Positions 9,343 through 18,002 of a DNA stretch of 64,000 nucleotides are shown piece by piece. Source of the DNA: an uncultured Clostridia bacterium (GTDB lineage Bacteria > Bacillota > Clostridia > Christensenellales > UBA1242); assembly GCA_944349905.1 (NCBI GenBank), contig CALVNR010000008.1, positions 2,424 through 66,423 of the forward strand, read 5' to 3'. Made by a program: the position numbers and the translations under genes. The notes beneath the pieces were generated by a model that was not told the origin of the DNA, did no database searches, and saw nothing but the letters and a program-made list of their open reading frames with translations. Each line of letters starts with the position of its first letter. Within the stretch, counting starts at the first letter, position 1.

Positions 9343-9663
9343 CTAGCCCACCGTATTGATAAGAAGTGAACAGAAGAACAAAATAGTGCAAATGATAATT
9401 ATACTTGCCATAGCGATAGTAATTTTTTTCAATATACCATCTCTTGACGCACCTTTGTTTTGAGAATAATAACTTTCTTGACTTGCGCCAGTAAAAGCAT
9501 CCATACCATTGTTTGAATCGTTAGATTGCATTAAAGTTGTAATAATTAAAACAAGAGCGCAAGCAATAATAATTCCAAAAAGGACATATCTCATTATAGG
9601 AACAAAAGTAGTTAAAAAGTCGCTTTGATTTTCTCCAGCCAATACCAATGATAAGTTTTTCAT
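9343..9663 (-). CDS. secG: preprotein translocase subunit SecG (with an N-terminal extension)
   Basis: Two TM helices flank a Gly/Ser/Asn-rich loop (LMQSNDSNNGMDAFTGASQ). The position upstream of rnr-smpB-ssrA matches Bacillus-type synteny. A strong SD (AAGGGGAGAA) precedes ATG 9663. A shorter product starting at M24 (ATG 9594) is possible. Confidence 0.65.
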   Translation of the reverse strand: MKNLSLVLAGENQSDFLTTFVPIMRYVLFGIIIACALVLIITTLMQSNDSNNGMDAFTGASQESYYSQNKGASRDGILKKITIAMASIIIICTILFFCSLLINTVG

Positions 9664-9675
9664 AATTTTCTCCCC

Positions 9676-9912
9676 TTAAACTAATGTAAAGAACCAAGCT
9701 ATAAACAAAATTATAATTATAAGAAGAACGATTTGTCCCCAAAGAATTTTAATTTTTGTTTTGCCAAGTGATGCTTTGAGAATATTCCAAGCAATCATAA
9801 GAGCAAGTGCGCCCAGCATAACAAGAGCAATAATAAGGCCTGTTTGTCCCAAGCCATTTTTTATAGCAAGACCCCAATCTTGAAGTATTCCGCAAAGCAA
9901 ACTTAAATTCAT
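9676..9912 (-). CDS. small integral membrane protein (unknown function)
   Basis: 78 aa with 2-3 hydrophobic helices. An AAGGGG SD precedes the ATG. Confidence 0.5.
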   Translation of the reverse strand: MNLSLLCGILQDWGLAIKNGLGQTGLIIALVMLGALALMIAWNILKASLGKTKIKILWGQIVLLIIIILFIAWFFTLV

Positions 9913-10200
9913 TTATAACCCCTTATATAGAAGATTATATCATTATTTTTATAATTTTTCAACATTTATTTAAGCATTTTTACGAAATTTTGATAAATTA
10001 TAATATATAAATGTTTTTTAGTCAAACAAATAAAAACAAAACTCACAAGTTTTTAAATAAATAAACTTAAAACAAATAAAAAATATTACAAATTACGACA
10101 ACATTCACTAATAAATTAAGATTAAAAATAAAATGACAAATATAACAATATGTTTTATTATTTTTTTTGTTTGTGATAAACTAAAATAGTGGAGAGTTAA

Positions 10201-12546
10201 ATGAAAAAAACATATTATAATAGCAACCAATATCTTTCATTATTAAATCGTTATTTTAACTGTGCAAACTATCTTTCTGTTGCACAATTATATTTAAAAG
10301 ACAATCCCCTTTTAAGAAAGCCTTTGTCTTTTAATGATATAAAAACAAAGGTTGTTGGACATTGGGGAACTGTTCCTGGTCAAAATTTTGTTTATACACA
10401 CTTAAACAGAGTAATCAGCAAATATGATTTAAACATGATGTTAATTTCTGGACCTGGACATGGTGGCAATTTTTTTGTTGCAAACTCATATCTAGAAGGA
10501 AGATACAGTGAAGTTTATCCTGAAATTTCACAAGATGAAAAAGGATTAAAAAAACTTTGTAAACAATTCTCTTTTCCTTGCGGAATTTCCAGCCATGTTG
10601 CCCCTGAGACACCTGGCTCTATCCATGAAGGTGGAGAACTTGGTTACAGCTTAGCTCATGGCTTTGGAGCTGTTTTTGACAACAAAGATTTGATATGTGC
10701 AGTTATTGTTGGAGACGGCGAAGCAGAAACAGGTCCTCTTGCAACATCTTGGCATTCAAACAAATTTTTAAACCCAAAAACTGATGGAGTTGTTTTGCCA
10801 ATTTTGCATTTAAACGGATACAAAATAAGCAATCCTACCGTTTTAGCTAGAATAAGCAAAAAAGAGTTGAAAAATCTGTTTTTAGGTTATGGCTGGAAAC
10901 CTTGTTTTGTTGAAGGAGAAGACCCTATATTGATGCATAAAAAAATGGCAGATGCTATGGATAAATGCATTAATCAAATTAAAAAAATCAAAAAGAATGC
11001 AGAAAATGGCAAATTAAAAAGTCGCCCTATTTACCCAATGATAGTATTAAAAACCCCAAAAGGCTGGACTGGTCCAAAAGAAGTTGATGGCAAAAAAATA
11101 GAAGGTTCTTTTAGAGCACATCAAGTTCCTGTTGAAATAAAAAATGAAAATGATTTAAAAATTTTAGAAAATTGGTTAAATAGTTACAATATAAATGAAA
11201 ATTTTGACGAAAACTTTAAATTAAAAGAGGAAATAAAAAATATTTTACCAAAAGGCGATAGAAGAATAAGTGCAAATCCAAACACTAATGGTGGAAATCT
11301 ATTAAAAGATTTGAAAATGCCAAATTGGGAAAAGTTTGCTGTTGATTTTTCAAATCCAGGAACAGTAAAAGCACAAGATATGAAAGTTTTAGGTGGTTTT
11401 ATTGGAGAGATTTTTAAACTAAATGACAAAAACAAAAACTACCGAGTTTTTAGTCCTGATGAAGCAATGAGCAACAGACTTTATGATATGTTTAATTTTG
11501 AAAATAGAGATTTTAATGCAGACATTATACCGTCTGATGAATACCTTTCTACAAATGGAAGAATTATGGACTCTTATCTAAGTGAACATATGTGCGAAGG
11601 TTGGCTCGAAGGTTATGTTTTAACAGGAAGACATGGTTTGTTTCACACATACGAAGCATTTGCAAGAGTTGTGGACTCCATGGTCTCACAACACGCAAAA
11701 TGGCTAAAAATTTGCAATGAACTACCTTGGCGTGCTCCAATTTCATCATTAAACATTGTTTTAACTTCAAATGTTTGGCAACAAGATCATAATGGCTACA
11801 CTCATCAAGAACCAGGTTTCCTTGACCATATAGCAAACAAAAAATCAGACATTGTAAGGATATACTTACCACCTGATGCAAACTGTTTACTTTCATGTTA
11901 TGACCATTGTCAAAAATCAAAAAATTACATTAACACAATTGTCGCATCAAAACATCCTTCTTTCCAGTGGCTAAATGCAAAAGAAGCAAAAAATCACTGT
12001 GCAAAGGGTTTAAGCATATGGCAATGGGCTAGCACTTGCGAAAAAAATCCAGATATTGTCATTGCTTGTGCTGGTGATACCCCTACACTTGAAGCACTGG
12101 CAACTGTAACCATTTTGAAAGAAAAATTTCCAAAATTAAAAATAAGATTTGTCAATGTTGTTGATATAATGAAAATGGAAGCACACAATATGCATCCTCA
12201 TGGATTAACACAAAGTGAGTTTGATAAAATATTTACAAAAGACAAACCAGTATTATTCAATTTCCATGGCTATCCAAGATTTATTTACGATATGCTCGCA
12301 ACTAGAAAAAACAATAATTTTGAAGTTCATGGTTATATGGAAGAAGGCACCATAACAACAGCTTTTGATATGAGAGTCCAAAACAAAATTGATAGATTTA
12401 ATTTAACTTTATCTGCAATGAAACTTTTAAATATCAACGATAAAAATGTTGAAAAAGAAATGCAAGACTTGCTTAAAAAACATAAGAAATATATTGCAGA
12501 AAACGGCAAAGATATAGAAGAAGTATCTTCTTGGCAATGGAAATAA
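10201..12546 (+). CDS. xfp: xylulose-5-phosphate/fructose-6-phosphate phosphoketolase
   Basis: 781 aa with GHWGTVPGQNF, HEGGELGYSL and the TPP-binding motif GDGEAETGPLATSWH. GGAGAG lies upstream of the ATG. It is the only accepted plus-strand gene in the window. Confidence 0.95.
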   Translation: MKKTYYNSNQYLSLLNRYFNCANYLSVAQLYLKDNPLLRKPLSFNDIKTKVVGHWGTVPGQNFVYTHLNRVISKYDLNMMLISGPGHGGNFFVANSYLEGRYSEVYPEISQDEKGLKKLCKQFSFPCGISSHVAPETPGSIHEGGELGYSLAHGFGAVFDNKDLICAVIVGDGEAETGPLATSWHSNKFLNPKTDGVVLPILHLNGYKISNPTVLARISKKELKNLFLGYGWKPCFVEGEDPILMHKKMADAMDKCINQIKKIKKNAENGKLKSRPIYPMIVLKTPKGWTGPKEVDGKKIEGSFRAHQVPVEIKNENDLKILENWLNSYNINENFDENFKLKEEIKNILPKGDRRISANPNTNGGNLLKDLKMPNWEKFAVDFSNPGTVKAQDMKVLGGFIGEIFKLNDKNKNYRVFSPDEAMSNRLYDMFNFENRDFNADIIPSDEYLSTNGRIMDSYLSEHMCEGWLEGYVLTGRHGLFHTYEAFARVVDSMVSQHAKWLKICNELPWRAPISSLNIVLTSNVWQQDHNGYTHQEPGFLDHIANKKSDIVRIYLPPDANCLLSCYDHCQKSKNYINTIVASKHPSFQWLNAKEAKNHCAKGLSIWQWASTCEKNPDIVIACAGDTPTLEALATVTILKEKFPKLKIRFVNVVDIMKMEAHNMHPHGLTQSEFDKIFTKDKPVLFNFHGYPRFIYDMLATRKNNNFEVHGYMEEGTITTAFDMRVQNKIDRFNLTLSAMKLLNINDKNVEKEMQDLLKKHKKYIAENGKDIEEVSSWQWK

Positions 12547-12564
12547 AAATTAGTAAAAAATAAA

Positions 12565-12594
12565 ATAGATAATTGAAAAATTATCTATTTTTTA
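12565..12594. terminator. bidirectional terminator between the convergent xfp and sufD-like genes
   Basis: Perfect inverted repeat ATAGATAATT-GAAA-AATTATCTAT, flanked by an A-run on the left and a T-run on the right. Confidence 0.7.
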
Positions 12595-12595
12595 T

Positions 12596-13525
12596 TTAAA
12601 AATTTAAAAAACCTTTGATAATCATTTGCTGTGCTTCTTCTTCTGTTAATCCTAGCGTCATCAATTTCACAACCTGTTCTCCTGCAATTTTGCCAATTGC
12701 AGCCTCATGAACAAGTGATGCTTCTTTTGATTTAGCATCAATTTTAGGTAAAGAAATCACCCTTGCATCATCAAGAAGTATTCCATCACATTCAACATGC
12801 CCAAAAGATTTATTCTTTCCGATAACATTTGAAACAAATTCTTGAATAGAATTTCCTTTCGCCACACTATGACTTACTACTTCACACTTACTATTTTCCC
12901 CCAAAAGTTCCACTTTAAAGAATGTCTTTGCATATTGGCTATCAGTTGTCAAAATATTTTCTTTTATGTTAAGCAAACAATTATCAGAAAGTTTTACATA
13001 AGTTTTTCTAATTGTGCTAGATACGCCTTCTATTTGTAATGATTCAAAGAAAACCTGACTACCTTCTTTCATAAAAATTTTTGTGATAGGGTTTAAAATT
13101 TTCTTTCCTTCTCCATCACCGCTGCCATAATGCTTTTCTATATACTTTACTTTTGAATTTTTTCCTATATGAAAACTATGGATACCATCATGCTGACTAT
13201 CCTTACAAGTATTGTTATGAATACCACAACCAGCAATTATAGTAACATCACAATTATCACCAACGTAAAAATCATTATATACAAGGTCTTTAAATCCACC
13301 CAAAGTCAAGAGAACTGGTATATGAACACTCTTGTTTTTTACTCCACTTTTTATTTTTATGTTTATTCCACTTTTGTTTTCTTTTGGTATTATTTCTATT
13401 TCTTTTGTTGAATTTCTTGCCAGCACCTCTCCATTCTTTCGTATGTTAAAAGAACCAACTGGAACTTTGTGTAGGTCAGCAACCTTTTCAAGCAAATCTC
13501 TATCAATTCTATCCATTTTGCTCAC
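12596..13525 (-). CDS. SufB/SufD-family Fe-S cluster assembly protein
   Basis: 309 aa. The C-terminal motif HEAAIGKIAGEQVVKLMTLGLTEEEAQQMIIKGF is typical of SufB/SufD. The gene overlaps the upstream sufC. Confidence 0.75.
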   Translation of the reverse strand: MSKMDRIDRDLLEKVADLHKVPVGSFNIRKNGEVLARNSTKEIEIIPKENKSGINIKIKSGVKNKSVHIPVLLTLGGFKDLVYNDFYVGDNCDVTIIAGCGIHNNTCKDSQHDGIHSFHIGKNSKVKYIEKHYGSGDGEGKKILNPITKIFMKEGSQVFFESLQIEGVSSTIRKTYVKLSDNCLLNIKENILTTDSQYAKTFFKVELLGENSKCEVVSHSVAKGNSIQEFVSNVIGKNKSFGHVECDGILLDDARVISLPKIDAKSKEASLVHEAAIGKIAGEQVVKLMTLGLTEEEAQQMIIKGFLNF

Positions 13526-14225
13526 CTCTCAATCTACCACAACCATTGCCGTCAAGCAGTGGCAAAACTTTTCCCTTCTCTCCTTTGCAAACAACTTCAC
13601 CATTTTTTAATAATATGATCTCATCTGCAATAGACAAAATTTGTTTTTGATGACTTACAACAATATTTATTTTATTTTTATTGTTACTAAAAATTTGCGT
13701 TAAATTATCAAAACTCCACAAATCAATTCCAGCTTCGGGCTCATCAAACAAACTAATTTTGGCATTTCTAGATAAAGCCATAGCAAGCTCAATTCTTTTT
13801 ATCTCTCCACCAGAAAGTCTTTCATCTAGTTCCCTGTCAATATAATCCTTAGCGCATAAGCCAACTTTTGATAATATTTCACACATTGCAGATAAATTGT
13901 GAGACTTGCCCGCTGTAATATCTAACAAATCTTTTACTTTCAACCCTTTAAATGTTACTGGCTTTTGAAAAGCAATAGATACACCTTCTTTTGCTCTTTC
14001 GGTTATAGACATATTAGTCAAACTTTTTTTGTTATACAAAACATCGCCTTCATTTTGTTTTTCTATACCCATAATAATTTTTAATAAGGTTGACTTTCCG
14101 CTACCATTATTTCCTGTGATAACATAAAGCTTGTCATCAGAAAATGACAAATTAATATTTTTTAAAATTTCTTTTTTAACTCCGTTTTCATCAACTGAAT
14201 AACTTAAATTTTTGATTTCTAACAT
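13509..14225 (-). CDS. sufC: Fe-S cluster assembly ATPase SufC (ABC ATPase)
   Basis: 238 aa with Walker A GNNGSGKST, signature LSGGEIKR and Walker B LFDEPEAGID. It is coupled to the SufB/D-like gene. Confidence 0.8.
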   Translation of the reverse strand: MLEIKNLSYSVDENGVKKEILKNINLSFSDDKLYVITGNNGSGKSTLLKIIMGIEKQNEGDVLYNKKSLTNMSITERAKEGVSIAFQKPVTFKGLKVKDLLDITAGKSHNLSAMCEILSKVGLCAKDYIDRELDERLSGGEIKRIELAMALSRNAKISLFDEPEAGIDLWSFDNLTQIFSNNKNKINIVVSHQKQILSIADEIILLKNGEVVCKGEKGKVLPLLDGNGCGRLRGEQNG

Positions 14226-14286
14226 GCTTTTATTATAATTTCTTTTTTAAGAATAGTCAATAAAATAAATAAAACACATTTTATTC

Positions 14287-14316
14287 TTGACAAAAAAGAT
14301 TTGAATTTGTTAAACT
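14287..14316 (+). promoter_or_regulatory. candidate sigma-A promoter for the tRNA locus
   Basis: TTGACA (14287-14292), an 18-nt spacer, then TAAACT (14311-14316). Confidence 0.4.
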
Positions 14317-14426
14317 ATAAAGGTATTAAATACTTGGTAAGGAAAAACCAAGTAAAAAACACCGCTAATTAATAAGGAGGAAATTATGCAATTTTAATTA
14401 GGACGGAGAGAGTTTTCTCTCCATAT

Positions 14427-14479
14427 GCTAACGTGGCGCAGTAGGTAGCGCATTACATTGGTAAGATACGGTTTTACCC
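14427..14479 (+). pseudogene. decayed tRNA fragment (acceptor 5' arm, D-arm and anticodon-loop-like TTGGTAA)
   Basis: GCTAACG-TG-GCGC-AGTAGGTA-GCGC-A-TTACA-TTGGTAA... has a proper D-arm. It lacks a 3' anticodon-stem partner, a T-arm and a complementary 3' acceptor strand. It shares TTGGTAAG with the neighbouring tRNA-Thr. Confidence 0.35.
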
Positions 14480-14506
14480 TAAAAATTAACTTAAAAAATT
14501 GAATAT

Positions 14507-14582
14507 GCTGATGTAGCTCAATCGGTAGAGCACTTCCTTGGTAAGGAAGAGGTAGACGGATCGTAACCGTTCATCAGCTCCA
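14507..14582 (+). tRNA. tRNA-Thr (anticodon GGU) with encoded CCA
   Basis: Cloverleaf folded by hand: acceptor GCTGATG/CATCAGC, D-arm GCTC-AATCGGTA-GAGC, anticodon arm CTTCC-TTGGTAA-GGAAG, T-arm GACGG-ATCGTAA-CCGTT, discriminator T, then CCA. A hairpin with a T-run follows. Confidence 0.85.
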
Positions 14583-14585
14583 CTT

Positions 14586-14613
14586 AAAACCCTTTATTTA
14601 TAAGGGTTTTTTT
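14586..14613 (+). terminator. rho-independent terminator after tRNA-Thr
   Basis: AACCCTT-TATTTAT-AAGGGTT followed by T-rich sequence. Confidence 0.65.
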
Positions 14614-14628
14614 GATGTTCGGATACCA

Positions 14629-14776
14629 ATTTGTTGTCAATTTAGTTTATCAAAAAGAACGCAAATTTACAACGAAAATAGAAAGTTTTTAATAAAAAAT
14701 CTTGTTTTTTAAAAAGTCATTTAAAACTATCTAAAATTATCTAAAATTAACGCATTTGTTGTCAAATTGTTGTCAA
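14629..14776 (+). repeat. three copies of ATTGTTGTCAA(A/T)TT plus a tandem TATCTAAAAT x2 between the tRNA and the integrase gene
   Basis: Copies lie at 14629-14640, 14754-14765 and 14766-14776. The tandem TATCTAAAAT lies at about 14728-14747. The position matches the arm-type recombinase/Xis binding sites of an att region. Confidence 0.5.
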
Positions 14777-14817
14777 ATTCAATAAAAATAAAAATGGAGC
14801 AAAATTTTGCTCCATTT

Positions 14818-16260
14818 TTACATTTCAAAATCTCTATTTTTCTTTGCTTTAAGTTTTGCTTGTTTTTCTTCTAACATTTTTTGTAATATTTCAATTTCTA
14901 ATTCTTCTTCACTTTTTTCTTTTGGATTTAAAATTTCATTACTATAATTTCCTTCATCTATATGATATGCTGGAACATCTTTTGGTTTATAATTTTCATC
15001 ATTTTCTTTTAATGTTTCATTATTAAATAAATTATCAATAATTTTTGCTCCCTCATCATCTAATTCTTTATCAATAACTGAATTATAGTGTAACTGTGTT
15101 GTCTTGGCATCTTTATGTCCCATTAAATGTTGGACATCTTTTATATTTCTCTTATTTTCTATTTGCATATTAGAAAAAGTTTGTCTTAACATGTGGCAAT
15201 GTATACCAAATTCTTGTTTAAAACCAAATTTTTTAGTAAACCTATCAAACATTCTTCTTATTCCATCATAACTTTTAATTGAACCATCATCGTTACAAAA
15301 AACTAAGCTGCTTGGTTTTGTAAGATGAACACCTTTAACTTGTTCTTTACACCATTGAACTTTTTTCCACTGTTTTAAAGCATCAACAAGTAGTTTTGGC
15401 ATTTTTATAGCCCTTCTACTGCAAGATGTCTTTGTAGTAGATATTATATCTTTTCTACCAATTATGTTTAAATCATCATCAAATTCTACATCTTCGGTTA
15501 AACCTTGCTCGACATATATTGCTTCTCTATCAAAGTCAACATTTTCCCATTTTAACCCTAACGCTTCTCCAACTCTTAATGAACCAAACATCATAACTAG
15601 CGATAAAGGTTTGATTATATCTGGGCCATAATCCAAACTCTTTATAAATCTAGCTCTTTCACTAACAGGTATCGCTTTGTAATTTTCTTTTCCTACTAAA
15701 TTACCCTTTTTGTCAATAAAAGTTTTTTTCATTTTATTTGAAATTTTACATCTCATAGTTGGATTGTCATAAGCAAGTCCTTGCTCAATTAAATATTCAA
15801 AAAATTGGTTTAACAAGAATTTTATTCTTTTAGGCGTATTAGAAAAACCATTGTGATCCTCTAACGATTTTGTAAGCAACATTTGAATATCATTTGATTT
15901 TATACTGTCTATTGTTCTATCACCTAATGCTGGTTCAATATGATTTCTAAATGTTCGTATGTTTTGCTCAAATGTCCTAGATGAAACAAGTGTCTTTTTA
16001 TAAATCCTTAACCATTCTTTCATCGTTGGACCTAATAATGCTTTATTGGATATAATGCTTCCTGTCACTAATTTATGTTTTAATTCGCTTAATTTTTGTA
16101 ATACTTCAGCTTGTGAGTGTCCATAAACTGTTTTTCGATTGGGTTTTCCATCTGGTTTATAACCTAATAAAATAACTCCCGCCCATCGTCCATCTTTTCT
16201 TTGGATTATACTTCCTTCACCATTTGCCCTTCTTGCATTTCTTTTTTGTTTTCTAGCCAT
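14818..16260 (-). CDS. tyrosine site-specific recombinase (phage-integrase family)
   Basis: 480 aa. It has Arg-I (SLRVGEALGLKWENVDF), H-x-x-R (HMLRQTF) and H...Y (LMGHKDAKTTQLHY). An N-terminal SAM-like/arm-binding region is present. It sits beside a tRNA gene. Confidence 0.92.
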   Translation of the reverse strand: MARKQKRNARRANGEGSIIQRKDGRWAGVILLGYKPDGKPNRKTVYGHSQAEVLQKLSELKHKLVTGSIISNKALLGPTMKEWLRIYKKTLVSSRTFEQNIRTFRNHIEPALGDRTIDSIKSNDIQMLLTKSLEDHNGFSNTPKRIKFLLNQFFEYLIEQGLAYDNPTMRCKISNKMKKTFIDKKGNLVGKENYKAIPVSERARFIKSLDYGPDIIKPLSLVMMFGSLRVGEALGLKWENVDFDREAIYVEQGLTEDVEFDDDLNIIGRKDIISTTKTSCSRRAIKMPKLLVDALKQWKKVQWCKEQVKGVHLTKPSSLVFCNDDGSIKSYDGIRRMFDRFTKKFGFKQEFGIHCHMLRQTFSNMQIENKRNIKDVQHLMGHKDAKTTQLHYNSVIDKELDDEGAKIIDNLFNNETLKENDENYKPKDVPAYHIDEGNYSNEILNPKEKSEEELEIEILQKMLEEKQAKLKAKKNRDFEM

Positions 16261-16499
16261 TATTTTTTACCTCCATTATTTTGAAGATAAGCCCATTTTG
16301 CAAATGCCAAAACACTTATTACTTTTCTTCTTCCTATTGTAGTTGTAGGAAAATCATATCTATTCATAAGAATTCGTGCATTTGTTTTACCTATTCCGGT
16401 AATTTTTACTAAATCATCACAATCCAAATAATCCTTATTGTATTTATCGGATAATCTTTTTGCTTCCGCTGATATTAGTTCTTCTGCTTTTATTTCCAT
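16260..16499 (-). CDS. excisionase-like helix-turn-helix DNA-binding protein
   Basis: 79 aa with DLVKITGIGKTNARILMNRYDFPTTTIGRRKVISVLAFAKWAY. It lies immediately upstream of int and overlaps it (TAATG). Confidence 0.6.
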   Translation of the reverse strand: MEIKAEELISAEAKRLSDKYNKDYLDCDDLVKITGIGKTNARILMNRYDFPTTTIGRRKVISVLAFAKWAYLQNNGGKK

Positions 16500-16507
16500 A
16501 TAACCTC

Positions 16508-16897
16508 CTACATTTCCTCTTGTTTTAAATCTTCTATATCACTGTTAATATTGGATATAACATCATCTATTGCACTCTCAAAATCACCTTTTTCAAGATT
16601 GCTTAAATTGTTATATCCATCAAGTTTATATAAACTATCGCTATATGTGTCATTTACAAAACATCTTATTCTGTCAATACCATCTTTACATGCTAGTTCT
16701 AACCAATATGTTACATCGTCATCATCTAAAAAATCCGATATTTCTCTAAAATAGCCAGCATAATCTGTTCCATAATCGCAATCAAAATCATTTAATAAGT
16801 TATATATTTTTGTATAAGTTTCATACTTATCATCAATTTCTTTAATTGATTCCTTTAAGTTGGATATTAAGTTTCTCCTAGCTGTTATTTCTTTCAT
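16508..16897 (-). CDS. small, strongly acidic hypothetical protein
   Basis: 129 aa, rich in D and E (DFLDDDDVTYW, DIEDLKQEEM). No recognised motif. Confidence 0.5.
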   Translation of the reverse strand: MKEITARRNLISNLKESIKEIDDKYETYTKIYNLLNDFDCDYGTDYAGYFREISDFLDDDDVTYWLELACKDGIDRIRCFVNDTYSDSLYKLDGYNNLSNLEKGDFESAIDDVISNINSDIEDLKQEEM

Positions 16898-17993
16898 TTT
16901 TATCCTCGCTTTTAAGATAATTTGTCAGTCTTTCCGCAACTCTTTTTATCATTACCGGCGGAACACTCATTCCACAAACATAAGCAATATTATCTGGATT
17001 ATCAGATAAAAAATTGTAGTCCTGTGGAAAGGTTGAAATTGAAATCATATCTTCTTTTGATAAAAATTTTTTATCACTCCATCGTATGTTGTTACAATGA
17101 GCAGTTATTGTTGGTGCAACTTGATTATCATAAACAAAACAATAATTAAAAAAAGAACTCTTACCGCGTAACTTTCTGCAAGCGTTCTCTAAATTTCTAT
17201 CACCGTATTTGGCACAATTGATTAGTGTCATTAAATTATCAGAGATTTTAATAGGCGAACCTTCTTTTGTTTTTATTTCTTCAAACAAAATTGGTCTATA
17301 TAAAAAAGACATATTAATACTTTCTAAATCCACATTTAATCTTGTAGCTATAAAAAATACTCTATGTCTTTTTTGTGGTATTCCCATTTGTTCGCCTTTT
17401 AAGAGCCAATGTTTTACCTTATATCCTATTTCTTGAAAATGCTTATAAATATTTTGAACATACTTCCAAGCATTACCTTTGGTTAGTCCTTCTACATTTT
17501 CCATAACAACAAACTTTGGTTTTAACTTATTTACAGTTTCTATGAACACGAAAGACAAATCATCTAGTATTTGTTCTTTTTGTCCCTCGCGAAATTTCTT
17601 TTTCTTACCCCAAGTTTTCTCACGTTTTCCAGCCATAGAAAATGTTGTGCATGGTGGACTTCCATCTAAAATATCTAGTTTAAACAATTCTTTTGGTATT
17701 TGTTCATTTGGAATTTTATTAAAATCTCTTATATCCATAACATAATTAAATTTAGGATTATGGTTAGCAAGATATATGTTATTCATTCTCTTATCTATTT
17801 CCAAACAACCAATAACATCATATCCTGCCAACTTATATCCCATTGTTGAACCGCCCCCACAAGCAAAACAACTAAATACTTTTAGTCCATTACTTTTAGG
17901 ATAATCTTTCAAGTGCCAATACCAATCATTACTTTCTTTTGTTTTGTATTCATCAAATTCGCTACCCAACAAATCAAATATAGATTGTTGCAT
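16878..17993 (-). CDS. DNA (cytosine-5)-methyltransferase; orphan, with no cognate endonuclease nearby
   Basis: 371 aa with motif I FACGGGSTMGY, motif IV GSPPCTTFS, motif VI MENVEGL and motif VIII QKRHRVFF. Confidence 0.9.
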   Translation of the reverse strand: MQQSIFDLLGSEFDEYKTKESNDWYWHLKDYPKSNGLKVFSCFACGGGSTMGYKLAGYDVIGCLEIDKRMNNIYLANHNPKFNYVMDIRDFNKIPNEQIPKELFKLDILDGSPPCTTFSMAGKREKTWGKKKKFREGQKEQILDDLSFVFIETVNKLKPKFVVMENVEGLTKGNAWKYVQNIYKHFQEIGYKVKHWLLKGEQMGIPQKRHRVFFIATRLNVDLESINMSFLYRPILFEEIKTKEGSPIKISDNLMTLINCAKYGDRNLENACRKLRGKSSFFNYCFVYDNQVAPTITAHCNNIRWSDKKFLSKEDMISISTFPQDYNFLSDNPDNIAYVCGMSVPPVMIKRVAERLTNYLKSEDKNERNNS

Positions 17994-18002
17994 AGCTTAA
18001 CC

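Noticed and set aside
9521-9742. 73-aa minus-strand ORF spanning the secG start
   Set aside because: It overlaps two better-supported membrane-protein genes in another frame.
14386-14397. Three-codon ORF (MQF) with a perfect AAGGAGG SD
   Set aside because: It is too short to call as a gene. I kept it only as part of the tRNA-locus oddity finding, since it could be a leader peptide or chance.
14427-14500. A second functional tRNA upstream of tRNA-Thr
   Set aside because: No anticodon-stem 3' strand, T-arm or complementary acceptor 3' strand could be folded. I treat it as a fragment or pseudogene.
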